DNA of 61,338 bases, counting the filler, from Rhizaria sp. SCN 62-66 (lineage: Eukaryota), in the NCBI GenBank assembly GCA_001724265.1. It is 3 parts of 3 records of this genome, joined end to end, with 100 filler letters (N's around TTAATTAATTAA, not from the genome) between each part and the next. Parts side by side here need not be neighbours in the genome. Positions count along the whole stretch, not along the records: positions 1 to 20,563 come from MEDY01000455.1; 2 more parts are not named here. One strand, written 5' to 3'. The position numbers and the translations under genes were made by a program. Position 1 is the stretch's first letter, and each line of letters starts with the position of its first letter. The notes beneath the pieces are model-generated. The model was given only the letters and a program-made list of their open reading frames with translations. It did not search any database and was not told the origin of the DNA. This document shows, one piece after another, positions 1-11,785 of this stretch.

Positions 1-494
1 CTCGATCTTGGCCTGACGGTTCTGCACGGTGAGCTTGACAGTGACACGGAGACCCTTGAAGGCCTTGGTGGCAGCAGCAACGTCATCGGCAATCTTCTTA
101 GCGGACTGTAGTAGCGTTAATAAAGAGCGCAAAACAAAGCAAAGGAGTGAGAAGCATGTTGTAATGCCGAAATCAAACGACGGTTTCAGGTATCATCGAA
201 AAGGGGTTGACAATAGGGTTGATTGAGTGAAAGACGTACCAGACCAAGGGGACCGACCTTGGGGGCAAGGGCGGTGGCACCAGCAGCCTCACCACCGAAG
301 CAGCGGAGGGAGACTAAAGAAGGAAAAGCGAGAAGAAAAGTGGTACAAAAGAGAGAAAAAGTTGTGAGTGCAAGCTTAGAGAAGAAAAAGAGGAGGCATA
401 GGAGGACAGGAGCTGGTGTAGAGTAGGACGGGAGAGCTGAAGGGTTTTGAAACGTACTGATGGTAACCTCGTTGGGGTCAAGCTTGGGCGGCAT
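1..494 (-). CDS. RPL12: 60S ribosomal protein L12 (uL11), 5' part; 3' end lies outside the window
   Basis: Exons 494-458, 313-240 and 105-<1, with GTACGT...YAG introns, splice to [72 protein letters not shown], the hallmark eukaryotic uL11 N-terminus. Confidence 0.97.
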
Positions 495-1055
495 CTGTAA
501 AAGAGAATGCAAAAAAAGATAATCAGGGTTGACGTGAGCACATCAGACTCAGAAGGGCCGAGCGCAGGACAGCAAAGAGAGGGAAGTGCGGGGGGCGCTT
601 GTCTGCGCTTGTCTTTAGGGTTTGGCGAGCCCCAGCAACAACGGGCTTGGTGTACGCGGCACATGCGTCAAATAGCTCTGCCAAGCAGCGAGACAGAACG
701 AAAGACACGTGGCAAAACAGATAACGCTCACTACATTGTTGCAGATGACACTTATGTTATGCTACGAGCATGTTTTGTTCGTGGCTTGAAGGCCAAGCTC
801 AAAATGGGCTATCGGGCAGCTTGGCAGTCGTAGAAATCGGTAAACATGGCACCAGCGCGCGTGCTAGAATATTAAATGAAATCGTCGCTGAACAGTTCTG
901 CGCATAAAACATGGCAGCAGTTGCAATAGGGATCCTTTGATTACAGAAATGACCGGGCAAATGGGTCGTCACAGACTCACCGCAGCTCCCCGTCCCAGTC
1001 TCGGCCCGCTCCGGTCCACTGAGGGTGGATTGCGCACTTTTAGTTAGGCCGGAAT

Positions 1056-1071
1056 GATTTTTCGCGAACCG
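1056..1071. promoter_or_regulatory. GATTTTTCGCGAACCG element in the RPL12/CCDC22 divergent intergenic region
   Basis: Exact 16-nt reverse complement at 23551-23566 and 14-nt reverse complement at 16052-16065, all in head-to-head promoters. Palindromic TTCGCGAA core. Confidence 0.6.
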
Positions 1072-1628
1072 ATGCAGATAAATCCTTCAAAATACAAAAG
1101 CTCTTCAGAATTACTACTCCTAAGCTTAAATATACATTTATCGCGTTTCAACATCTTAAATATATGTTATACTTGATGATTTTACACCACCGTCAATTGC
1201 TAGTCAGGTGTAAATGCTGTTTGAAAGTTTCCATGTAGTAGATCACATTGATAGTCTTGAGTTGAACAACCTTGCATTCCAATTTTAAAATAAAACGCTC
1301 TTGAAAATTCTTAAACATATCTTGGTTTTGTGTAGATGAACATGAATGTCTTGCTTAGTATGATGCTTAGATTGCAGTGAGGGGGACGAGACTGTGAGCG
1401 GGTGGGCGACGAGGCCAACAATGAATCAGCCTTCAGTTCTCCACCATTCTAACGTCATTTCTCTTGTAAGCTATACCAGAGATCATTCTTGGGTTAACAC
1501 CTTTAAATATCTTTTTAAACTTCTTCTGCTATTGATCTCACATCTGTGCAATCTCTTTCCTTCCCCTCTTGCTTCTCTCACACTGCTCTGCTTGGGCTTG
1601 GCTATCGCGCAGTCGACTCGTCCTCACA

Positions 1629-4600
1629 ATGGCCGATATCGACAGCATCATCTTCCCTATCCTTAAGGATATCGGATGGTACGTCTATACGTCTTTGTCT
1701 TTCTCCCTCAGTCCTTGATTGCCCCTTTGCATTCGCCACACTCGTCACAAAGCTATGTCCTTGCCCTCAAGGTTCTTCGTATTTTCCGTTGTTCTACACC
1801 AACGCGTCTCTTCTGTTTCGCTTTGCTTCTCTCCGTGCAGTGACTTGGGCGACACGACGAGCCTCAAGGCCCTGTCGGCGGACCAAGTTTACCACATCGC
1901 CGCCCGCTGCCTCAACTCCATCACCCCGGACCTGAAGCTTCCCCCCACCATGCCGGCCAACAATGCCTCCCGTTTCCGCGTCACTACCACGGCCGCCAAC
2001 GGCATCAAGGACATTGGCTTCACAGGCGACATTGGTTACCAGACCTTTTTGTACCCTTCGGAGGCTGATATCCGCCGTATTGTATCCTTTTTGGTCGACA
2101 AGGTGCCCCGTGTCGAGCGCGCCACCGAGGACCAGGTATTTTTCATTTCTATCTATTATTCGCAAATATTTCCCTCTATCTTGCTATCTACGGATCATCA
2201 CAGTTTTAACGCTCGTTCTATACCAATTCAATATATTTTCTGTAATTTTACTTTTTCAACGTGTTTTATTGTGCTCTATATCTCACATTCAATTCTCGCA
2301 CCATTTCTTCCTTCGATTTGCTTTGCTTTGCTTTGTTTGTTTCCCTTAGGGCGCGTCTTCGACGTCGAGCTCCCTCTCCGCTCGCGCCAACACTGCCCTC
2401 GCGGCCTTTACCCAGGCCAAATGGACTCTGCTCACGCCCTCTGTGCGCCGCCCCGCCCAGGCCTCGGCGCCCTTTGCCGCCACGCCCCTCACTCTACCCT
2501 TGCCGCCCAGTGTCCGCTCCGCCGACGCCGCCGCCGCCGCCGCCGCCGCGGACAACTCCAACTCGAGCGTTGAGAGCGGCAGCAGCGGCCGCGGCGCCAC
2601 CGCCAAGACCCTCTCGGCCGCGCGCGCTGCATACTGCCTCAACTACCAGCCTCTGGTCTCCACGCAGCAGCCCGCTAATAACGCTGTCACCGCGAGCTCG
2701 AGCGCCGCTGCGAACGGCGCGAACGGCGGCTTCGGCTCGGGCTCCGTCTCCGCCGCGGCCGCCGCCTGCGTCTCGGCCGCCGCCGCTCGCGCTAGCTCCC
2801 GCCTGCTCCCGCTCCCGCCGTCACTTTTTGATCTCGCGGCCCGCGACTCGACGCGCGCGGAGCGGGAAGCGCTCGCGCTGGAGCCAGGGGCTGCGGCCGC
2901 CCGCGCCGCCGCCCGCGCCGCGCTCGCCGGCATCGTCGCCGGCTCGCTGCGGTCAGCGCTGGCGGCGGCGGCGGCGAGCAAGGGGCGCAAGGGCGGCGCC
3001 ACGCTCGATGCCGCTGCGCTGGCCGCGCTGAAGGCTAAGTTCTCCTCGGCCTTTGCGCGCCGCGCTGATTTCACTCAGGTACGTCTATTAATTAATTAAT
3101 TAATTAATCATTTAACCAATCGCACTTACACAAAGAAATGCTGTTGCATTTACCAATAGTCATGTTCAATCGCGTTTCTAAGAGAAGACAAGAGCGAGGG
3201 ACTGGACTTCAAGTCGACTTGCTTTGCTGATACTTTTGCAAGGATATATTTCAGTCAGCCGTTGTCAGATAGGCTTGTTTACAAAGAATTCAACTTTATC
3301 ATAGCATCCACTGTCGAAATCTTTTATAATATGTCTCACAAACTCTTTCTTATCTCTCTTTTTTCCCCTCTAACCCTGCTTTGCTTCGCAATGCGTTGCT
3401 TCCGTTGCCCAAACAGGAGAAGGACTCTGCCGACTCCGGCCTGAGCAAGGAAGAGCTCGACGCGCGCGCCAAGGCCGAAAAGGAGGCCCTTGACGCGGCC
3501 CGCGCCGCCGAGCTCGACGCGCTGCAAACCGAGCTCGCGCGCCTCCTGGCCGAGGCCCGCCAGCGCGAAACCGACGCCGAGGCCGCGGCTAATGAACTGC
3601 GCCAGCGTGAAGCCGCGCTGGCCGAGGCCGCGCGCGCCGCGGGCGAGCTGGAAGCGACGCGCCGCGTGAAGCAGCGCGTGCTGGACCTGCTGCCCAACGC
3701 GGCCGAGAACGTCGGCAAGCTGCAGCAGCTGGCGGACGACAACGCCCGCAAGGCGCTGCTGCTGGGGGCCGAGTGGGAGAAGGTTCGCTCCCCTCTCGTC
3801 GACGAACTCCGCACGAGACGGTCGATTCTGCGCGCGCGTGCCGATGATATTGCGGCCAAGGTTGCCGAGATCAAGCGGATGCGCCAGCTCATGAAGGATA
3901 TGGTTGCGGAAGTCAAGGAGAAGGACGAGACCTATGCCGCCGCGCTGGCTGAGCTTAACGCGCTCCCCAAGAGCATCAACCGCCAGGTATGTCAGTATTT
4001 CATCATATCCGTTTTTAAATTAAACTATAATGACATGTTTGTATAATTCAACTTTGTTTCGATTTGGAACTCATTTTTAAGCTTGATTGGCGAATGTATA
4101 TGTGTTAAGCTATCTCATCAACAATTTGTCGAATTTCTCACGGCTCTCGCTTTTTACTGTTGTGCTCTTTGATGTTTTCAACTCGTTTTAATAGGTGTAC
4201 ATCAAGCGCATCACGGACATCATGAAGAACGTTGCAACGCAGCGCGATGACATCCGCAAGATCCTCGATGACGTGCGCGGCGTGCAGAAGGAAATCGCGG
4301 CCAAGGGCGAGGCGGTCAAGCGTTCGTTTGACCTGGCAGATGAGCTGGTGTACCGCACGGCCAAGGTCAAGAAGGACGCCACCGCCATCCAGGTACGGTT
4401 ATATGGGACATATGACCGCTTCTATTCACGCTTAAACTTATGTGACACATGTCTCAGCTGTGTTATGTCTTATTTTCATGTTAATTTACTCACATCTGCG
4501 ATATATCTCGGTTTTTGTTCTTTGTTTTTGTGCATCCTAGGTGTACCGTCACATTGTGTCGCTGCGCGCCGGCTTCGGCGACATCGTCGACAAGGTCGAG

Positions 4601-4768
4601 GAGGGCGGCCGCAAGGGCAACAAGGTGCGCGAGCTCGAGCAGGAGATTGAGACGCTGGAGGCGCGCAACACCAATCTTAACCTTGAGCGTGTGACGGAGG
4701 ATTTGACGCAGGTGCAGAAGGAGAATAAGGAGCTTAAGGAGAAGCTGCGTGCGATGCAGAACGCGTAA
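1629..4768 (+). CDS. CCDC22: Coiled-coil domain-containing protein 22 (CCC/Commander complex subunit), ~689 aa
   Basis: Exons 1629-1678, 1841-2135, 2350-3078, 3417-3986, 4195-4392, 4541-4768 (TAA). Motifs: 'KDIGFTGDIGYQTFLYPSEADIRRIVSFLVDKVPR', 'LDLLPNAAENVGKLQ', 'EWEKVRSPLVDELR', 'NRQVYIKRITDIMKNV', 'NLERVTEDL'. Confidence 0.93.
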
Positions 4769-5284
4769 GGTTGCTTACAGAATGCCTACTGCTGTACATG
4801 TACAATGTATCATCATATATTGAGCTTAAGAGAGCGAGTGTTATGGAGTGGTATTGATTGATAGTTTCTTGTTTGGTTATAAATATTGTTTTCGTGTCGT
4901 TTATTAGGCAATAAAGTATGCCATTATTTTATTTCGCTTCTGGGTAGTGCGATCTTGGTCTATATTCGTTTACTTTAGCCCTGCATGCGGAGATGTGATA
5001 AAGCAGGACCTCGATCGCGATCGCGAGCGCGCCTTCAGCCAGCTGACTTTTCAGAGATTGCTAGACTTCATTTGTCCGTCGTTACACATTTCGCTGACAT
5101 CAATATAATTAATAGTGAGATCAATGTATGTTCACTAAATTATATTTTCTTCAATTGCGTTTTTGTTGAACCATAGACTGAACGAGGCCATACCTCCGTC
5201 TTTGTCCGATCACACTCTTCACACTACGTGTCCAAGCCACAGTAACTCCACGTCTAGCCGCCCCTAGGCCCCACGTGGCGCACG

Positions 5285-8200
5285 ATGCCCTCGCACAAGG
5301 CCTCTTTGACGGACGTGCATAAGCGGCCGCTGACTCTGGACGATGTTGTCGCAGATATGAAGCGGGATGTCACTTGCAAGCTCTGGTATGTCATCTCTAC
5401 GAACACACTTAAAACGACTTATATACCTCTTAATATTCTTCCTTCAGAGCAAATGCGCAACAAAACACTCGTTACAACATCAACGTGACACCTGCTATAG
5501 CTTTGTTCTTCTAAGCTCACAATTCATTGTTCTCCACTCATTCTCTCTGCGCACGTCTCTCCCTCTTGTTCTTGCTTTGGCGATATGTGTTGTATATGTG
5601 TATGAACAGTGACCAAGTCATGGTCAACGCAACCACAACCCCGTGCCAACATCACTTCTGCTTTGATTGCATTAACGACGAGAAAGTCAAGAAATGCCCC
5701 GAATGCCACGGTCTCTTTTGGTCCTCTGACCTCCACACTGACCCTGCTGTCGCCTTTCTCGTCGATATCTACCACACCATCGCCGAGACCGTGGGCAGGA
5801 GGGGGCGGCTTAACTTCGACGGCGCGGCCGATGGCGACGCTCTCGACGCCAGCGACAACGATGATGACCTCCGTGACGATAGCGACGCCGAGTCAACCAC
5901 CGAGGGTGGCTCTGGCTCAGACTATGATGACTCTCTTGACCAACAACCACAACAACTTTTCGGTGGCAATGACGACGACAGCACACGCGGCACTGGTTCC
6001 GCGAGTTCCCGCCGTCGTTACAAGCGCGCTCTGGCGCAGGGCAGGGCTGCCGAGGCTGCGGCCGCTGCGGCGGCGGCTGCCACTGTCGCCAGCGGTCTGT
6101 CTGGTTACGACGAGATCGTCGCACTCATGAAGCCTGACGCTGCCAGCGCGGGAACGTCAGGTACCCGTGACGCCCGTGACTCCAGCTCGAGCTCTAGCGC
6201 CAGTGCGCGCGCGTCTGCGAGTGCGAGCGCTGCGGCGGCTGGGGATGCTGAGACGGAGACCGAGAGTGGCAGCGACAGCGATGTTGTTATCACGAGCAGC
6301 AGTACCCATGACGGAACACGTGGTCGTGCTCGCCATGGTGGTAGCAAAGCAACGACAACGGCAACATCAGTCAGCAGCAGCGTCGTCATCGTCGATGACT
6401 TGTCGTCAGACAGTGATGCCCCTCCTCAAGCAACTGCTGCTGCTGCTGTTGCTGCTCGCGGTCACTCTGCTGCTGTTTCTAGCGGTGGCCGTGGCGCTAG
6501 CAGCGTTATCACTGCGCGTCGCGGCGGTGTACGGCCTAAACCTCCTCGTGCACAAGCAAGTACGACCGTGTCTTCGTCTCAACAGCAGCAGGCTAAGGGG
6601 GTACTTACATCTGTCATCGGTCCCTGTGGTTTCCCTTTACAACCCGTCAGCGTCTGCTTTACCGCCGTACCCCCTGCGCAGCGTAGCGGCTTAACTTCCC
6701 TCTGCGCGCGGCTTAACATCACCGTTCACACCAACGCCGCGCTCGCCACGCACCTCGTTACGCCACTGTACGGTGCATCTGCACTGCTGCCTGCTGCGGC
6801 GAGGAAGCTGGACCAAATTGCGACGATGTTGCTCAAGCAGCAGAAAGAGAGCTTTCTCTCCGTCACGAACGCTAACACAAGCAGCACCGCGAATAGCACG
6901 AGTAATAACGCTAATATTAGCACGAATAATCCCGCGAATAGCGCGAATAGTAACGCTAACTCGGGCTCTAGTTCTGGTTCAAGCAACACTGTTAGTGGTA
7001 GTAACAAAAAGCTGTACAGCACAATCAGTCGTACCGCGACGATGTTCACAAGCGCAAGCTCTGCTAATGCAAGTGATACCAGCTCTAGCTCTAGCTCTAG
7101 CTCTAGCTCTAGCTCTAGCGCTAGCGCTACTGATGCTTTCGTTGCGAACAGCAGTGACGGCAAGAGCGATGTTTCGAACGAGAACAGTGTTGCGACCGCG
7201 TTGATCGACAGCAACAACGCAACCCTGCTGCGGATGCCGACTTCTATCCGCTCACACACCAGCACAAGCAACAACAACAGCAGCAGTAGCGTCAACGCAA
7301 ACGCAAGTGGCACGAATGCTGCGAGCGTGAGCGCGAACAACAGCCAGAGCCAGCCCACTGCGAACATCACTCTCACTCCGAGAAGTCACAGCGCAAACAC
7401 AACAGCCGCAGCTACGACTGCAACGACAGGGCCCTATGGTTTAGCTGACACTCAGTGCCCCTTTCTGCTCCGTTCTAGCAACACTCTCGCTTCTCTGCGT
7501 TTCGCTCGCCGTACAATCTCCTATTTACGCGCACTGCAGTGCGGAAAGCCGATCGTTGACCCTTCGTGGTTAGTCACGCTCGCAGCCTGGCGTGACGCTG
7601 ATAAGCAGCAGCAGCAGCAACAGTTAAGTCAAGCCGCGTTGTCAGATCAAAGTCAAGCCGCCACGGCGATGTCGGACCACGGTCACAGCTCCAGTACCGT
7701 GGGTGCCGGTGTTGGTGCCGGTGCTGGTGTCTCGGGGAGCGTTAAAGTTAAGCCGCGCTGGTATTCAGACGTGTACTTAGACGCGCCGCACGAGAACCCT
7801 TACATGGCGTGGGGAGAGGTAAGGGGTGGCGTCTCAGCAGCGCCGTTGCTGTATAAAGATCTGGCCCATACTGCACTCGCTCTCTCTTACAGCAACAACA
7901 CCACCAGTAGCAGCCCTAATAGTGCAAGTGTGAGTGGGATCTCAAGCTCTAGCTCCAGTGCGACTGCGACAGCGAGTGCGAGTGTGAGTGCTGTAAGGGC
8001 TCCATTATCGTCGTTTCCTCGCTCCCCCTTAGCTCGTTTGCCTCAGTCTAGCTTAATCACCCCACCGTCCAGTCTGTTACGCGGAGCTACCGTGTGGCTG
8101 GCGCCTCTGGGCGACAGCAGCGACCCGACGCCGGAGCAACTCGCGGAACTCGTGGCACGCGCGGGCGGCACGGCCACGGGCACCGGTGGTTCTAACAGCG

Positions 8201-9684
8201 CGAGGACGGGAACACGTGCCTCGCGTACCACCGCAAGTTCCCCTGCATCCGCGCCTGCGACTTCGCCTGTTGTGGGCGTGACGAATACTGCGGCGGCGAC
8301 GAGGGCCGCAAGGGCTGCGTTCGCGGCCAAGGTTGCGTTCGTGACTGCGGAGCGGGCTAAGCTGGCCGAAGCTGAGGCCGCGGCACAACAGCGGCAGCGG
8401 CGGGAGAAAGAAAAGCAGAAGTGTGAGAAGACGCAGCGCAAGCGCGATGCTGTTGAAGCGAAGTCAACTAACGCAGCAAACGCTGCCGTTAACACGGATG
8501 ATACTGATATTGAGATCAGCGACAGTGACAGCGGCAGCGACAGTCAGAACAACGACGATAACAACGGCTACAGCGATTATGACGACGACCACTATACCGG
8601 GGGATTCCGCAGTTTCAGCACCGCCTCGCGCGCCACACTCACGCGTCCCCCCACGAGTGCCGCCGTGAGCGCCAGTGTGTCCACTGCGTTAGGCGCCCGC
8701 ATCGCACCGCCGGGCCAGGGCGCCGCTGCATTGGGCGGTTTCGCGTTGGTTTCGCCCCGCGCCCCGCTTGCGCAGTCGAAGATCATCCATACTAGCAGCA
8801 ACGGCAGCAATGGCAGCTACAACACACGCGGCGGGAGTCGCAATGGAAGCTTGAACAGTGGTGGCTACAGCAACTACAGCAACAACAACAGCTTCGACGG
8901 CGATAATCAAGGTTACTACAATAACAACAGCTTTGCGAGTTTCAGTGAGGAGCAGTACCGCGCCGTGGGCTGCGAGCTGCGCGACTTCATCTCGCTTGAG
9001 AGCAAAGTCAAGCTGCCGCTGGTGTCTCTTGTATGGTTCCTCGACTCGATTTGCGAAGGCAGGGCGGTGGAAGTCGAGCCGCATCTTGGACCCGATGTGT
9101 TGGCTGCGGCGGCGATTGCGGCGCAGCAACAGCGCGAACGGTTACAGGCGCTTGCGCGCAGTAATCATAACAACAACAGCAGCAGTAATGCTCAGCAGTT
9201 GCAGCGGCGTAGTTCGAAGCGTAACAGCGGCGGCGGTGGCGCGAGCAATGACACTAGCTCTAGCTCTAGCTCTAGCTCGAGCTCTAGTGCGAGCGCATCT
9301 ACTGGGAGGCGTCGTAGCTCACGGTCACAGTCGCGCAGTGACCGTGAGCAGAGTGACCGTGAGCAGAGTGACCGTAAGCAACAACAGCAGCAGCGTCAAC
9401 AGCAACCAACTTACACTGGTGGAGGTACTTACAGCAGTGGCTGGGGAGGCGCCGGCATCGACGATTTTGACAACAACGGTAGTGATTACAACTACTACAG
9501 CAGCGGACACAGCTCCAGCGCAAGTAGCGCACATGATGGCGAGCAACAACAACAGCAGCAGCAACAGCAGTATCAGTATGGCTATGGCAGTGGTAATGAG
9601 GAGGACAATGATGCTGATGCCTTTTCGCTGTTTGAAGGCTTTGCGTCGCTGGGTATGTCACAGCAGATGCAGGACTACAACTAA
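5285..9684 (+). CDS. BRCA1-like protein: N-terminal C3HC4 RING plus tandem BRCT domains, with long low-complexity inserts, ~1391 aa
   Basis: Exons 5285-5385 and 5610-9684 (TAA) give RING CKLC-x11-CQHHFCFDC-x8-CPEC. BRCT1 is 'VCFTAV...THLVT' plus 'RTISYLRALQCGKPIVDPSWL'; BRCT2 is 'LLRGATVWL...EQLAELVARAGG' plus 'PLVSLVWFLDSI'. No ankyrin repeats seen, so BRCA1-like rather than BARD1-like. Confidence 0.8.
7081..7119 (+). repeat. (AGCTCT)6 coding microsatellite encoding poly-Ser
   Basis: Perfect hexamer array. Shorter arrays of the same unit occur near 9256 and 54799. Confidence 0.9.
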
Positions 9685-10107
9685 GCATGATGTCATGTTG
9701 TTTCTTTCGTATACGCAGAAGATGTGATGTAATTTTGACATGCTGTTGTACGCAATCAAGTTGCTTGATTTCTTTAGTTTGTGGCATTACTGCATCTATG
9801 TTTTACTCAAAGCACTTAATGTACTACGTGCAGTATAACGTGCTGTTATCTCTTTATTTACCTTTTTATATAGTCAATCTTTGATAGTTTATGTCATCTT
9901 TCGTGTGATACTTTGTGTCTGAATGATGTTACCGCCAAGTTTAAAGACGAGTGAATATCCGCAGTAACTGCACCAATCATTTAAAGAATACACTTATATA
10001 ATTAAACACAACGTACATTATCATAGTTTAAATTTTATTTGGAATAATATGACGATTTGACAGCATGAGAGAGGAAAATACGTTGTTTTGATTGTTGTTG
10101 TAACGAG

Positions 10108-10120
10108 TTTTTCGGAACCG
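10108..10120. promoter_or_regulatory. TTTTTCGGAACCG, a one-base-deletion variant of the TTTTTCGCGAACCG element, upstream of PFDN2
   Basis: Lies ~265 nt upstream of the PFDN2 ATG and matches the other copies except for one missing C. Confidence 0.45.
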
Positions 10121-10384
10121 GGCATAATTCATTTTTTGTTCACCAAGCTCGGTCCGTTTGAGTTTGCTCGAATTGATATTGTCCGTACCGCCACGATATC
10201 TCCGTCAATACGAACAGCACGACCACCAGAACAATCTACAGCATAATTCCTCTCTATATTTTTATTTGTTGATTCTCAGAGGACGATGTCCCTTGCTAAT
10301 TCCGAGTCGTTTCCCCCGCACACCCTCATCCCAGTCCTTTACTTGCTCGCATCTCCCTTCCCTCGTTTGCCTCTGCCACCACAG

Positions 10385-11007
10385 ATGTCCCAGCCGACCT
10401 CCGACAAGGACGAGAAGATCCGCCGCGAGTACGTCGCCATGCGCGAGCAGATTTCTTCCCTCGCGCAGAAGATTGCCGAGCTTGACCAGGACCGCAACGA
10501 GCACGAGTACGTTCCTTCCCTCCCGCTTTCCACTTTAGCGCTATCTACAGCACCACCATATTATTTATTTAAACTAAAACTAGTATATTCACATTAAAAA
10601 ACTACGTTTTCGTTCTTATTACAAAATTATTTTGCACCTCTCTTACATCCTTGCCACAATTTTATTCTTTCCATTATTTTTTCCTTGCTCACTACTTTTC
10701 CCAACTCTGCGCTTTGGCCGCCCTTAGCCTCGTCAAGAAGACCCTCCAGCCCATGGCGGCCGACCGCAAGTGCTTCCGCCTGATCGGCGGCGTGCTTGTC
10801 GAGCGCACTGTCGGTGAGGTCCGCCCCGTCATCGAGCAGAACCTCTCCCAGATTGAGTCGCTCTGCATGACCCTCATGGAGAAGCTTAAGGCTGCTGAGA
10901 AGGACGCTGAGACCTTCCGTGAGCAGAACAACATCATGATCACCAAGGAGGGCGATATCCCCGTCCAGCAGCAGCAGGCGCAGCGCGGTGCCGGCGTCCT
11001 TGTCTAA
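10385..11007 (+). CDS. PFDN2: Prefoldin subunit 2, ~133 aa
   Basis: Exons 10385-10506 and 10728-11007 (TAA); 'LAQKIAELDQDRNEHDLVKKTL...RKCFRLIGGVLVERTVGEV'. Confidence 0.95.
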
Positions 11008-11785
11008 GGGGCTTTCTGACCGCATCTAGGTAGTCAGAATCTATCCAAGTCTCTCGAAGTTTCGAGCGTGAAGATGAGTTTGAAGCTAACTATGATGGCA
11101 AGCTTGCAGAAGCGAATGCACAAATACCTAACAATGTAAAATAGCAAAGAAGATAATAATAAGCTTATTCTTTTCTACTAAATCGATACACAGTGTTTTT
11201 CTAATCCTTACGACAAAGACAGACAAGCGTTGTATTGCGGAGTTCATGATATTAATACGTTGCATCAAAGACGAAGGCTAGCTTTACAGCTATGTCTTGA
11301 TTCATGAAGCTGATTTTTTCTCATAAACTCTCTGAGACAAAACTTACGCAAAGCACAGCGTTTTGCAGGCGCACTCTCGACTCAGACTGTTAAGAGTATC
11401 AGCGTTGCGATTTGCAACAAGAGCGATGATGATCAAATCAAAGTCATCGTTTGTTTTCGAAGCTGAACTTGTGTTTTTATTATGTATTCATATTGACCAT
11501 CATTATCATTCTACATACGTACTATATCATATCAAACATGTGCTCCATCTATCACATGCTATTAACTTATCGACAGCCATACAAAACACAGCTTTTGTAA
11601 CAACAAAACAATATCTTCTTCACCTTCTTATCTCCGACAACACCAAGCCAGGGAGGTACTTACATCCCCAACGAGGTACTTAGACGGCAACGATGTTTCA
11701 GCGCACGAACACGATCAGAGTCCCTTGGTGGTCCGCACCAAGCACCAGGAACAGCACGGACCAATACACTTACTTGTACTCCAGC

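Noticed and set aside
495-980. Intronic snoRNA or telo-box (TTTAGGGTTT at 614-623) upstream of RPL12
   Set aside because: Only partial hairpins with no convincing C/D or H/ACA box pair, and a single 10-nt telomere-like match; would need an Infernal/snoReport search.
3087-3108. Palindromic (ATTA)5 run resembling the linker
   Set aside because: No flanking Ns and inside a CCDC22 intron; an ordinary microsatellite.
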